A stretch of 64,000 nt of DNA from Sedimentisphaerales bacterium (lineage in GTDB: Bacteria; Planctomycetota; Phycisphaerae; Sedimentisphaerales; SM23-30): NCBI GenBank assembly GCA_963666285.1, contig OY762711.1. The stretch is one strand, 5' to 3'. Below the pieces are notes generated by a model that was not told the origin of the DNA, did not search any database, and saw only the letters and a list, made by a program, of their open reading frames with translations. Made by a program: the position numbers and the translations under genes. Below, in pieces: positions 51,072 to 62,200 of this stretch (positions are counted from its first letter, which is position 1; each line of letters opens with the position of its first letter).

Positions 51072-52640
51072 ACAATGAAAGCCAGAATATTCCTGTAGCA
51101 TGGCTTGTGTTATAATACACAATAATTTTAGCACGAGCTGTCACAGGGACGCTCAAATATTTAACCAATTTTATACGGAGTATTCTGGCTATGAAGACTA
51201 TTATGTCAATTGATTTAGGAAAATTCAAGAGTGTAGTTTGTTTTTATGAGGTAAAAAGCTGTAAGGCTACATATAAGTCGTTTAAGACTAACCCTCAAGA
51301 GCTTCATGACCTGGCAGTATCTCACCCTGCTGATCTTATTGTATTTGAGGCTTGTGATATCATAGGCTGGATTTGTGACCTTTTTGACACCCTGGAATTA
51401 AAATATGAAGTGGCAAATACTAATACCGGCGAATGGTCTGGCAGAAAATTGAAGAAGAAAACAGATAAAAAGGATGCATTTTGGCTGGCCAAGCGTGCTG
51501 CTTTAGGAGATTTATCAACTGTCTATGTTCCTAAAAAGGAAATTCGCGAGAAACGATCTTTAATTAATTATCGCCAGAGCCTTACAGAACGGATAACTCA
51601 GGTAAAAAATACTATTCGTTCTTTATTAAATGCCCAGGCGTATTCGTTGCCGTCAGGCAGAAAGTGCTGGTCTAAGCAGAATCTGGAACAGTTAAGAAGT
51701 ATGGCTATGCCAATGGATAAAGTTAAACCAGATGAGCTCTGGAAAGGCAATCTATGGAGCGAGCTTATATTACTGGAACAATTAACAGACGCTTTGCAAG
51801 TAGTTGAAGATAAACTGGAAGAGTTAAATAGTACTGATGAAAAGGTAAAACTATTACAGACTGTTCCCGGAGTTGGCCCACGTCTGGCAGAGGCAGTTGC
51901 AGCTTATATTGATGATCCACATAGATTTAAGAATTGCAAACAAGTTGGCAGCTATATTGGTATGACACCGCGTCAGTACCAATCAGGTAATACAGACCGT
52001 CATGGGCGGATAAGTAAATATGGCAATAGGTTATTGCGAGCATTACTTGTTGAGGTTTGCTGGCTGGGTTTGCGTTGGAATCCATGGATAAAAGAAACAT
52101 ACGAAAGAATAAAGAGGGGAAGTAAAACTCGTGCAAAAATAGCGATAGTAGCTACAGCCCGACGGTTGTTCGTACGATTGTGGGCGATGATGCGAGATGG
52201 GACAAGTTGGCAGATGCCTGAATTGCAAAGTGTTTGATACCAATATAAGTAAAATATAAATATTACCTATGATTTTGCCCGATTGAAATCGATACGGAAC
52301 CTTGGTCGTGCATTTGGGTTTTGAACCTGACACGAAAATTAAGCCGTATCGCAATATATATAATGGAACCATGGCGTAAAATACAGCCTCGGACACTCCG
52401 GATAGAAAGATGAAACAATCAGGTAAATAATGATTCGCTACGCGAAAATTGTTTTAAATAGGTTTATCGCATAAGGTCAAAAAGCAAAAAACGAGGCGGT
52501 GTAAAACCGCCCCGGCTTCTTGACAACTTGCAACGCTCGGGTTGCTCCTCAGCAGAGCCCTATCCTTTGCAAGATAAAGGAATTATAGCAAAAATGAATA
52601 AAATTAGAAAATTAATGTTGCATTCTGGCTTCATAGAAAT
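51072..52640 (+). mobile_element. IS110-family element, IS1111-type, copy 2
   Basis: Near-identical to copy 1, same junctions CCACGAAAAT|ACAATG and TAGAAAT|TCACG. Confidence 0.92.
51191..52237 (+). CDS. IS110-family DEDD recombinase/transposase
   Basis: Identical to the copy 1 protein except the last two residues. Confidence 0.95.
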   Translation: MKTIMSIDLGKFKSVVCFYEVKSCKATYKSFKTNPQELHDLAVSHPADLIVFEACDIIGWICDLFDTLELKYEVANTNTGEWSGRKLKKKTDKKDAFWLAKRAALGDLSTVYVPKKEIREKRSLINYRQSLTERITQVKNTIRSLLNAQAYSLPSGRKCWSKQNLEQLRSMAMPMDKVKPDELWKGNLWSELILLEQLTDALQVVEDKLEELNSTDEKVKLLQTVPGVGPRLAEAVAAYIDDPHRFKNCKQVGSYIGMTPRQYQSGNTDRHGRISKYGNRLLRALLVEVCWLGLRWNPWIKETYERIKRGSKTRAKIAIVATARRLFVRLWAMMRDGTSWQMPELQSV

Positions 52641-53033
52641 TCACGAAAGAACACGAAAAAAAATACTGTTGCTCGCAGAGGCCGCAGAGGTCGCAACGAA
52701 TATTATTTGGCCATGAAGGGGATGCATTAAATTAAGAATTCAGAAAATAACTGACATTAAAAAATTGTGGCTGCGGGTAAGTATCAATAATATATAAGGT
52801 GATTCGTTTCGTTCATGATAAAAGAACCGGGTTTTTGTCTTGATAGAAATGGTATAATGCATTATTATTTTTTGCGGAATATAAGAGTCGGTTTATGGAT
52901 ATACAAATAATTTTACAATTGAGGGTTATGTGAATTTGATAAAGAAATATTTTTGTGTTATTCTATTTTTGGCAATTGTATTGTTATTTGCAGGTAAATT
53001 ATGTTCTTATAAACATGCTGGAGGTATTACAAG

Positions 53034-53060
53034 ATCAAAAGCAATTTCCAGAGGTCTCCT
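53034..53060. repeat. Right-end fragment of the MITE-like repeat
   Basis: ATCAAAAGCAATTTCCAGAGGTCTCCT. Confidence 0.6.
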
Positions 53061-53110
53061 ATGTTTTGTCTGATCGTGCGGAAGTTAACTGATTTATTGA
53101 GGAAATAATT

Positions 53111-54040
53111 ATGGGTAAGTTAAGTTTGATATGTGTTTGTATATTTTGTGGGTTGATGGCGGTAGGGTTGGCCGGCTGCGGCGGGCAGGGGTGCGACAGG
53201 TCGTTAATCGAGGCTGAAGGGATAGTTGCCAGGGGGGCGGTGCTGGAGACGATATCGACGGAGTTTGAGTTTACCGAGGGGCCGATATCTGACAGGGCGG
53301 GTAATGTGTATTTTACTGATCAGCCGAATAATCAGATAATGGTCTATACGGTCGAAGGTGGGCTGGAGACGTTTATGCGGCCAGCGGGTCGGGCGAACGG
53401 GCTGTATTTTGATAATGACGGGTATCTGCTGGCCTGTGCCGATGAGAATAGTGAGTTATGGAAGATAGATGTTGAGACTAAGGAGTATGAGGTACTGGCA
53501 CATGAGTATAACGGTGTGCGGCTGAACTCAACGAATGATCTGTGGGTTAGGCCGGACGGCGGGATATATTTTAGTGACCCGTTCTATAAGCGGAGCTGGT
53601 GGGAGCATGAAAAGCCGACGCAGGATGGCGAGTGTGTGTATTATCTTATGCCGGGCAGCGGCGGGCCGGTGCGGGTGATAGATGATATGGTGAGGCCAAA
53701 CGGTTTGATCGGTACGGCTGATGGTAAGGTGCTGTATGTATCTGATATTGGGGCCGGTAGAATATATAAATATGAGGTTCTGGAGGATGGTGGGCTGGCT
53801 GGTAAGCAGCTGTTCTGCGAGATGGGGTCTGACGGGATGACGATTGACTGCTGCGGGAATGTGTATCTGACGAATAACCGCGGGGTGGTGGTGTTTGATA
53901 GAGAAGGCAAGCAGGTCGAGAATATTAAGATACCGGCGGGCTGGACGGCGAATGTGACGTTTGGCGGTGCTGATGGTAAGATGCTGTTTGTTACGGCGCA
54001 GAAGGGGGTGTATAGTATCAGGATGAATGTGAGCAATTAG
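53111..54040 (+). CDS. SMP-30/gluconolactonase family lipoprotein
   Basis: Lipobox LAGC; FTEGP, LNS.ND, YFSDP, PNG, DGMTID..GN.Y and NV.FGG motifs. Confidence 0.9.
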   Translation: MGKLSLICVCIFCGLMAVGLAGCGGQGCDRSLIEAEGIVARGAVLETISTEFEFTEGPISDRAGNVYFTDQPNNQIMVYTVEGGLETFMRPAGRANGLYFDNDGYLLACADENSELWKIDVETKEYEVLAHEYNGVRLNSTNDLWVRPDGGIYFSDPFYKRSWWEHEKPTQDGECVYYLMPGSGGPVRVIDDMVRPNGLIGTADGKVLYVSDIGAGRIYKYEVLEDGGLAGKQLFCEMGSDGMTIDCCGNVYLTNNRGVVVFDREGKQVENIKIPAGWTANVTFGGADGKMLFVTAQKGVYSIRMNVSN

Positions 54041-54122
54041 AGAAGAGTGAGAAGTGAGAAGTGAGAAGTGAGAGGTGAGCTTCGCTAAATGAAAAATGAA
54101 TAGTGAAAAATGAAAAATTAAG
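54039..54122 (+). repeat. Heptamer tandem arrays (GAGAAGT)n and (AAAAATG)n
   Basis: GAGAAGT repeated, then GCTTCGCT, then TGAAAAA-TGAATAG-TGAAAAA-TGAAAAA; echoed at ~54333-54410. Confidence 0.85.
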
Positions 54123-54532
54123 GTGTCCTGATGTACGTTGACATCAGGAATAATTCGCTGTCGCTCACAGCTTGTTTTAAAGCTTTCGCATATTTAAATT
54201 TAGAATTATGAAAAAGATTGTCAACCACGAAATTCACGAAAGAACACGAAAAAAAATACTGTTGCTCGCAGAGGACGCAAAGATCGCAAAGAATATTTTT
54301 TGACCATGAAGGGAGTGAAGTTAATGAAGGATGGTAAGAGTGAGAAGTGAGAGGGAAGAGGTAAGCTTCGCTAAATTAAAAATGAATAATTAAAAGTGAA
54401 AAATTAAGGTGTCCTGATGTACGTTGACATCAGGAATAATTCGCTGGCGTGACCTATTTTGAATCGCCTGTGACGAGCAGGAAAGTGACTACGAAAATCA
54501 CGAAAAAGGCGGAAGTGTTAGAGGGGGGTGTT

Positions 54533-54982
54533 CTAATGGTGATTTGATTTGATGCTGCCGTCGGGCAGGATGTTGATTAGCCAGGTTTCTCCCCACCAGA
54601 GGTCTACAAAGCCTTCGGAGTGTTTGATCGTTTGGCCATCGATAGTGAAAGATAGCTCTATTTCAGATTCGAGAAATTTGTGTTTTAATGTTAATGATTG
54701 GCCCGGAGCGATAGAGGTTGCTTTTTGGGAAACCATTTTAGAGCTGTCAAGATCCTTTACTGTAAGTTGGACAGAAGTAATTTCTTTGCCGCTGGAATTG
54801 CGTAAAGTTGTTTTGTTGTTAACTGACCAGAAATAGATATATGATGTAAGCATTAAGCCGGTAGCTGCTATGATAAGATATGCCGGGCCGGTCATTTTGT
54901 ATTTTATCAGATGAATTGTGCTTTTATTGTTATATGATTTGGAATTCATTTCAATGGCCTTATTACTTGATTGCAGGAACAT
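54533..54982 (-). CDS. Hypothetical protein with one TM segment
   Basis: 149-aa ORF, TM followed by 'L.N.SG..I..V.L' beta-sandwich-like segment; start uncertain. Confidence 0.55.
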   Translation of the reverse strand: MFLQSSNKAIEMNSKSYNNKSTIHLIKYKMTGPAYLIIAATGLMLTSYIYFWSVNNKTTLRNSSGKEITSVQLTVKDLDSSKMVSQKATSIAPGQSLTLKHKFLESEIELSFTIDGQTIKHSEGFVDLWWGETWLINILPDGSIKSNHH

Positions 54983-55522
54983 CTATATAAGATCTAATTT
55001 TTTTTGTCACAACTAGTTCAATTCATAACACTATATGAAAACGGATTAAATAATCATTGTCATTATATTAGTGCGGTTTCGCACTTTTGACTGTTCAATA
55101 TTACACGCAAAGGCCGGAACAGGGCCTTGTGAATGAAAAACTATATATTTAATTGTATTTCCGAGCTAATTCTCGAAAGTACATTTAATTCAAAGCGTTG
55201 CAGGAAGGCCCTTTTAGGCGATTTTTGCAACTTAAAAACTGCGAAAGTAAGCTATTAAATATATCAACTTTATTAATTATATAGAAGAAAATTATGCTCG
55301 AATTCTTGCAAAATTTTGCATAAAGCTAGTAGTTGATTAAGTTTGTGTTATCTGTTACCATGGTCGCAATCATAAGCAACAAGATTTATTATCTCAACTT
55401 TTTAAATTTTAATATAACATTGAATCACAATATATTATAGCAAAACAAAGTGTATAATCGGTCACTTAGAGTATTTTAAATAATGACAACCAGATTTAAG
55501 CAGCATGTTGAAAGGAAAAATT

Positions 55523-58500
55523 ATGCCTAAAGTGAATCTAAAGAGTTTGTTATTGTCGGTATTGTTAGCAGTAAGTTTTTTAAGCGGTTCTGTGTCAGCT
55601 GATATAGCGGCGGCAGATAAGCTGACGGTTAATGAAGGTTTTACCGACCCGGTTGGATTTTATACCTCAGATGTTGATTTTTCGTGGATATTACCGCAGG
55701 GTGAATCCAAGCTGCTGGGGCTGGTGCCGATGGGTGGTGCGGTATTGAGTCAGAGCGCGTACCAGGTTGCAGTGGCGAGTTCGCCGAAACTGCTGCCTGA
55801 CGAAGCAGATTTATGGGATAGCGGCAAAGTAAAATCATCGCAGAGTATTCATGTGAAGTATGCGGGCAAGAAGCTTGGTTCGCGGCAGAAGGTATACTGG
55901 ATGGTGCGATACTGGGACCAGGACGGGAGGCGGTCTAAATGGAGTAAGGCCGCTAGTATTGAGCTGGGGCTGCTGGGTAATGCAGACTGGCAGGGCAGCT
56001 GGATACGTATGAAGGGTAAGGATTTTACCGCGGCGTCTGCGAACTCAAAGATAAAGATATTGAAAGCTGTTTATGGCGTTAGGGATGATGCCGGGCGTCA
56101 GATCGACCTGGCCAAGAAGATACAGGCTCGCGTTGACGAAGGTAAATATACAGTGCCGGCGTCAAATGAATTTGCCGGAAGAGATCCGGCAGATCGAGTT
56201 GTCAAGGTTTTGCAGATGGAATACATGTTAAATGATGAAAAGGTGATCGCAGTGGTTGAAGAGAATTCGATCTTTAACCTGGTGACAAAAATTGGCGGTC
56301 TGATACCTTCGTTTACTTATACGCCCGAGTATTTACGCAAAGATTTTTCGGTAGAATCTCCGGTTGCATCGGCTCGTTTGTATGTAACGGCTAAAGGGTT
56401 GTATGAAGTGTATCTGAACGGTGAGAAGATCGGCAAAGATTATATGGTGCCGGGCTGGACGCCATATGAAAAGCGAATTGAGACGGTGACCTATGATGTA
56501 ACAAAGCAGGTGAAGAAACAGGATAATGCGATAGCGGCGATACTGGCAGAAGGCTGGTATGCGGGTGATTTGATGGGCAAGCAGGAGAAGTATCCGGAGC
56601 TGCAGCCTCAGTTGCTGGCACAGCTGGAGATAACATTTAAGGATGGTACCGTTAAGAAAATCGTAACGGACGGCAGCTGGAAGGCGACGAATGAAGGCGC
56701 GATACGCTATTCGAGTATCTATCATGGCGAAACCTATGATGCGGCAAAAGAGATGGCGGGCTGGAACGAGGCCGGGTTTGATGACAGCGGCTGGAAATCG
56801 GTAACGGTTTGTTCGATCGGCTCTAAGGATAATCTTGTGCCGAAACGCCATAATACAGTTCAAATGGAGACAGAGCTGAAGACCCAGGCAGTAACCGAGC
56901 CTGGCGAAGGTAAGTATGTCTTTGATCTGGGCCAGAATATGGTAGGCTGGCCGAAGCTGAAGATCCCGGTAAAGGCCGGGGAGACGATAACGGTTCGTTA
57001 TGCCGAGATGCTGGAGACAGACGGTAATATGTATACCGCCAATTATCGCGGTGCGAAATCGACAGATTATTATACTGCAGCAGAAGATGGTGTTGTCTGC
57101 TGGCATCCGACATTTACATTTCATGGCTTCAGGTATGTAGAGCTGAGCGGTTTTTCTGAAGGAGTTAAGCCGAAGAAAAACTGGGTGACAGGCTGCGTGT
57201 TGCACTCTGCGTTTGGTCAGGTCGGCAAGTTTGAATCGTCACATGCCAAGCTGAACCAGCTGCAGAAGAATATAACGTGGGGTCAGCGTGGTAATTACCT
57301 GGAAGTTCCGACGGATTGTCCTCAGCGGGATGAACGGCTGGGCTGGACAGGTGATGCGCAGGTTTTCTGTCCGACATCACTGTTTAACTATGATGTGCAT
57401 TCATTCTGGGCGAGCTGGCTGGAGAGTATACGAGAGGACCAGAGGGAAGACGGCTATGTTCCAAATGTTGTACCGTCGGTAAGCTGCGGGTATGGCTCGC
57501 CGGGCTGGGGAGATGTTTCGGTTGTGTCGCCGTGGGATGTTTATGTGCGGACGGGCGATCTGGATATCCTGAGGGATAACTACGAGATGATGAAAGGCTG
57601 GACCGGCGCTTACGAACGTGAAGCAAAAGATTATATCGTTGCAAGGAACGGTTACGGTGACTGGCTGCAGCCGTTTCCATCAAGTGGTAATTTTACCGAT
57701 ACTCAGATGGATATCATAGCGACAGCGTATTTTGGCAGGTGTACTATGATAATGGCGAACTCAGCGAAATTGCTGGGTAAAGAAGCAGAAGCCGGTAAAT
57801 ACAGCAAGCAGTTTGCCAATATACGCAAGGCATTTTCGAGCAAGTATTTTGACGATAAGGGCTATTTGACAATTGCGATCCCGACTCAGACATCATATCT
57901 GCTGGCGTTGGGTTACGATTTGCTGGAGCCGGAATTGCGAGAAGGTGCGGTTCGGGGTCTGCTGGAGCTGATAGAGAAGTCAGACGGTAATTTGCGAACC
58001 GGCTTTTTGGGTACTCCGCTGATAAACCAGGTTTTGGACGATTATGGTTATTCGGATATAGCGTACCAGGTATTGTTTAAGGAGACATATCCATCGTGGT
58101 TCTTTTCCATTAACGAGGGAGCGACGACTATGTGGGAGCGATGGAACAGCTACAGTCGTAAAGACGGCTTTGGTGATGCCGGGATGAACTCTTTTAACCA
58201 TTATGCCTATGGCGCGATCAATCAGTTTATGGTAGAGCGTATTGCCGGCCTGGCACCGGATTGGAAGAAGTCCGGCTATAAGCATTTCTATATTCAGCCG
58301 ACACCGGGCGAGCCGCTAACATGGGCGAGGGCGGAATACCAGAGCCCATACGGCAAAGCCGCAAGCGGCTGGAAGCAGACGAAGAAAGGTCTTGAGATAG
58401 AAGTGGTTGTGCCGACAAATACCACCGCGACGCTGATAGTGCCGGAGATGGCAGAGGGCAAGCCTGTTTTGACAGAATCCGGTAAGAAATGCAGCTTGAG

Positions 58501-58567
58501 CCGGGAAGGCGGCAAGTATGTATATCAGCTGGTGCCGGGTGAATATAAATTTTTGCTGGCGAAGTAA
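55523..58567 (+). CDS. Alpha-L-rhamnosidase GH78, paralog 1
   Basis: QSAYQ, YLRKDF, VFDLGQNMVG, FTFHGFRY, PTDCPQRDERLGWTGD, GATTMWERWNS and MNSFNHYAYG motifs; ATG 55523 has an AAGGA SD. Confidence 0.93.
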   Translation: MPKVNLKSLLLSVLLAVSFLSGSVSADIAAADKLTVNEGFTDPVGFYTSDVDFSWILPQGESKLLGLVPMGGAVLSQSAYQVAVASSPKLLPDEADLWDSGKVKSSQSIHVKYAGKKLGSRQKVYWMVRYWDQDGRRSKWSKAASIELGLLGNADWQGSWIRMKGKDFTAASANSKIKILKAVYGVRDDAGRQIDLAKKIQARVDEGKYTVPASNEFAGRDPADRVVKVLQMEYMLNDEKVIAVVEENSIFNLVTKIGGLIPSFTYTPEYLRKDFSVESPVASARLYVTAKGLYEVYLNGEKIGKDYMVPGWTPYEKRIETVTYDVTKQVKKQDNAIAAILAEGWYAGDLMGKQEKYPELQPQLLAQLEITFKDGTVKKIVTDGSWKATNEGAIRYSSIYHGETYDAAKEMAGWNEAGFDDSGWKSVTVCSIGSKDNLVPKRHNTVQMETELKTQAVTEPGEGKYVFDLGQNMVGWPKLKIPVKAGETITVRYAEMLETDGNMYTANYRGAKSTDYYTAAEDGVVCWHPTFTFHGFRYVELSGFSEGVKPKKNWVTGCVLHSAFGQVGKFESSHAKLNQLQKNITWGQRGNYLEVPTDCPQRDERLGWTGDAQVFCPTSLFNYDVHSFWASWLESIREDQREDGYVPNVVPSVSCGYGSPGWGDVSVVSPWDVYVRTGDLDILRDNYEMMKGWTGAYEREAKDYIVARNGYGDWLQPFPSSGNFTDTQMDIIATAYFGRCTMIMANSAKLLGKEAEAGKYSKQFANIRKAFSSKYFDDKGYLTIAIPTQTSYLLALGYDLLEPELREGAVRGLLELIEKSDGNLRTGFLGTPLINQVLDDYGYSDIAYQVLFKETYPSWFFSINEGATTMWERWNSYSRKDGFGDAGMNSFNHYAYGAINQFMVERIAGLAPDWKKSGYKHFYIQPTPGEPLTWARAEYQSPYGKAASGWKQTKKGLEIEVVVPTNTTATLIVPEMAEGKPVLTESGKKCSLSREGGKYVYQLVPGEYKFLLAK

Positions 58568-58591
58568 ATAGTCGATAAGTTTTAGTATTAG

Positions 58592-58634
58592 AAGCAAGTC
58601 TGGCAACCAGGGAGGGTGTCAGGCTTGTTTTTTT
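58592..58634 (+). terminator. Intrinsic terminator
   Basis: AAGCAAGTCTGGCA/TGTCAGGCTTGTTT stem plus T-run. Confidence 0.65.
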
Positions 58635-59290
58635 GTACCTTTCGTTTTTAGCTTGTAGTGTTCGGGTAAGAGGTAAAAGGTAAGAGGAGGTTGTTTGTCT
58701 CTATGTGTGTCGGGAATAATAATTTTATTATTATTTTCAGGGAAGGGGTGATTGAATTCTTGCAAATTTTTTCATAAAGCTATTAGTTGATTATATTTGT
58801 GTTATGTGTTACCATATTTGAACCATTAGCAACAAGAGAATTCTTTATCTCTAAACTTTGTTCTTTGTTTATTATGTTTAGTGCGGTTTATGCTCCGCAT
58901 CATATAGATTTTGCACTTTTGACTTTTTAACGTTATCCGCAAAGGTCAGAACAGGGCAATTAAGTGAAAAATGAATAATGAAAAGTGAAAAACTAAGGTG
59001 TCCCGATGTACGTTGACATCAGGAATAATTCGCTATCGTCTCACGCTTTGTTTAAATTCAAGATTCACCTAAAAGACCCTTTAAGGCGATTTATGCAACT
59101 TAAAAACTGCGAAAGTAAACTGTTTATATTGTAATATTTATGAACGTTATTAATAAGAACGATACATGGAAAACAACGTTTTGAATGATAGTAGTTCAAT
59201 ATATTAGAGCGATACAAAGTTAATAATGTCACTTTGAGTACTTAATAGAATGGCTATGAGGTCCAGGCTGCATATTGAAAGGAAAAAGTT

Positions 59291-62200
59291 ATGCCTAAAA
59301 TGAATCTTAAGAATCTATTATTGTTGGTTTTGTTAGCAGTCAGTTATTTATGCGGGTCAGTATCAGCTGATGTAGCGGCCGCGGATAAGCTGACGGTGAA
59401 TGAAGGGTTTGTAGATCCGATAGGGTTTTACGCGTCAGATGTGGATTTCTCCTGGATACTGCCGCAGGGCGGCTCGGTAGAGAGTCAGAGTGCGTACCAG
59501 GTTGCCGCGGCGAGTTCACCGAAACTGCTGCCAGATAAAGCTGATCTATGGAACAGTGGTAAAGTAAATTCATCGCAGAGTATCCATGTGAAGTACGAAG
59601 GCAAGAAGCTTAGCTCCAGGCAGAAGGTGTACTGGATGGTGCGATACTGGGACCAGTCCGGCAGGCGGTCTAAGTGGAGTAAGGCCGGTACTATTGAGTT
59701 TGGTCTGCTGAATAATACAGACTGGCGGGGCAGCTGGATATATATGAAGGAAAAAGATACGGGTGCGTCGAAAGATGCGTCGAAGATAAAGGTGTTGAAA
59801 GCCGTTTATGGAGCAAAGGATGATGCATCAAAGCAGATCGACCTGACCAAGAAAGTTCAGAACAGTGTTGACGGCAGGAAATATGCTGTCAGCGCATCTA
59901 ATGCTTTTGCCGGTGATGACCCGGCATATGGAGTAGAAAAGGTAATGCTGCTGGAATACATGTTAAATGATGAAAAGGTTGTCACGGAAGTTAAAGAGAA
60001 TTCATACTTTAACTTGGTGACAAAAAAAGGAGGCCAGCCGGCAGCGACAGATTATGTGCCGGAATATTTGCGAAAAGAATTTAAGGTAAAACAGCCGGTT
60101 GAATCTGCTCGCTTGTATGTAACGGCTAAGGGTCTTTATGAAGTGTATCTGAACGGCGAGAAGATCGGGAAAGATTATATGGTGCCGGGCTGGACGCCTT
60201 ATGAAAAGCGAATCGAGACGGTAACATATGATGTTACAAAGCAGGTGAAGAGACGTGATAATGCTTTAGCTGCGATACTGGGCGAGGGCTGGTATGCCGG
60301 TGACCTGATGGGTAAGCCGGTAAAATACCCAGCGGTTCATCCTCAGTTCCTGGCACAGCTGGAGATAACCTTTAAGGATGGCACGGTGCAGAGAGTGGTA
60401 ACGGACGGCAGCTGGAAGGCGACGAATGAAGGCCCGATTCGCTATTCGAGTATCTATCATGGCGAAACCTATGATGCGGCAAAAGAGATGGCGGGCTGGA
60501 ATGATACGGGTTATGATGCCGGCGGCTGGAATTCAGTGGTGACATTACCGGTTGAATCTAATGTCAGCCTGGTGCCGAAACGTCATAATACGGTACAGGT
60601 AGAGGCAGGTCTGAAGACACAGACAGTTAACGAGCCTAGCAAAGGCAAATATGTATTTGATCTGGGTCAGAATATGGTAGGCTGGCCAGAGCTGAAGCTG
60701 CCTTTGAAGGCCGGTCAGAAGCTAACAGTTCGGTATGCCGAGATGCTGGAGAAGGACGGCACTTTGTATACGGCAAATTATCGGGGTGCAAAATCGACAG
60801 ATTATTATACAGCGTCAGAAGATGGTGTTGTCAGCTGGCATCCGACATTTACTTTCCATGGTTTCAGGTATGTCGAGCTGAGCGGTTTTTCTGAAGGAGT
60901 TAAGCCAAAGAAAAACTGGGTGACAGGCTGCGTATTGCACTCTGCATTTGGCCAGACCGGTAAGTTTGAATCATCACATGCGAAGCTGAATAAGCTGCAG
61001 AGTAATATAACCTGGGGCCAGCGCGGCAATTACCTGGAGGTACCGACCGATTGTCCGCAGCGTAATGAGCGTTTGGGCTGGACGGGCGATGCGCAGGTGT
61101 TCTGTCCGACATCGCTGTTCAACTATGATGTGCATTCATTCTGGGCGAGCTGGCTGGAAAGTATGCGAGAGGACCAGAGAAAAGATGGATATATTCCTAA
61201 TGTTGTACCTTCGGTCAGCTGTGGTCATGGCTCGCCGGGCTGGGGTGATGTATCGGTTGTATCGCCCTGGGATGTTTATGTACGGACGGGCGATCTGGAT
61301 ATCCTGAGGGATAACTACGAAATGATGAAAGGCTGGACCGGCGCCTACGAGCGTGAGGCAAAAGATTATATTGTAAACAGGAATGGTTTTGGTGACTGGC
61401 TGCAGCCATATCCGGCGAATGGTAATTTTGCCGATACCCAGATGGATATCATAGCGACAGCGTATTTTGGCAGGTGCAGTTTGATAATGGCACAGGCCGC
61501 AAAGAAACTTGGCAAAGAAGAAGATGTTCGTAAATACGGCAAGCAGTTTGCCAATATTCGCAAGGCATTTTCGAGCAAGTATTTTGATGAGAAAGGAAAG
61601 CTGACGGTCAAGACACCTACCCAGACAGCTTATCTGATGGGTTTGGGTTATGATCTGCTGGAGCCAGGTCAGCGTGAAGGTGCGGTGCAGGGTCTGCTGG
61701 AGCTGATAGAGAAGGCAGACGGTCATTTGCGAACCGGTTTCCTGGGTACACCATTGATTAACCGGGTACTGGAAGAATGCGGCCATCCTGATATTGCATT
61801 CCAGGTATTGTTTAAGGAGACATATCCATCGTGGTTCTTCTCTATCAACCAGGGTGCAACGACAATGTGGGAGCGTTGGAACAGCTTCAGTCATAAGGAT
61901 GGTTTTGGTGATGCCGGTATGAACTCATTTAACCATTATGCTTATGGCGCGATCGATCAGTTTATGGTAGAACGTATTGCGGGTCTGGCACCGGATTGGA
62001 AGAATTCTGGGTATAAACATTTCTATATTCAGCCGACACCGGGCGAGCCGCTGACATGGGTGAGAGCGGAATATCAGAGTCCATACGGTAAGGCAGCAAG
62101 CGGCTGGAAGATGACTAAAAAAGGTCTAGAGATAGAAGCTGTTGTGCCGACAAATACAACCGCAACACTGGTAGTTCCAGTACTTTCAGCGGGCGAGCCT

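Noticed and set aside
45039..52640. Whole-segment duplication or classic composite transposon
   Set aside because: The two IS copies have different left flanks, each with its own empty paralog, which favours independent targeted insertions
52930..53073. Short signal-peptide-like ORF running into a MITE end
   Set aside because: Under 50 codons and unassignable; at most a truncated remnant
43800..59050. CRISPR array interpretation of the repeats
   Set aside because: No constant repeat with regular unique spacers and no cas genes
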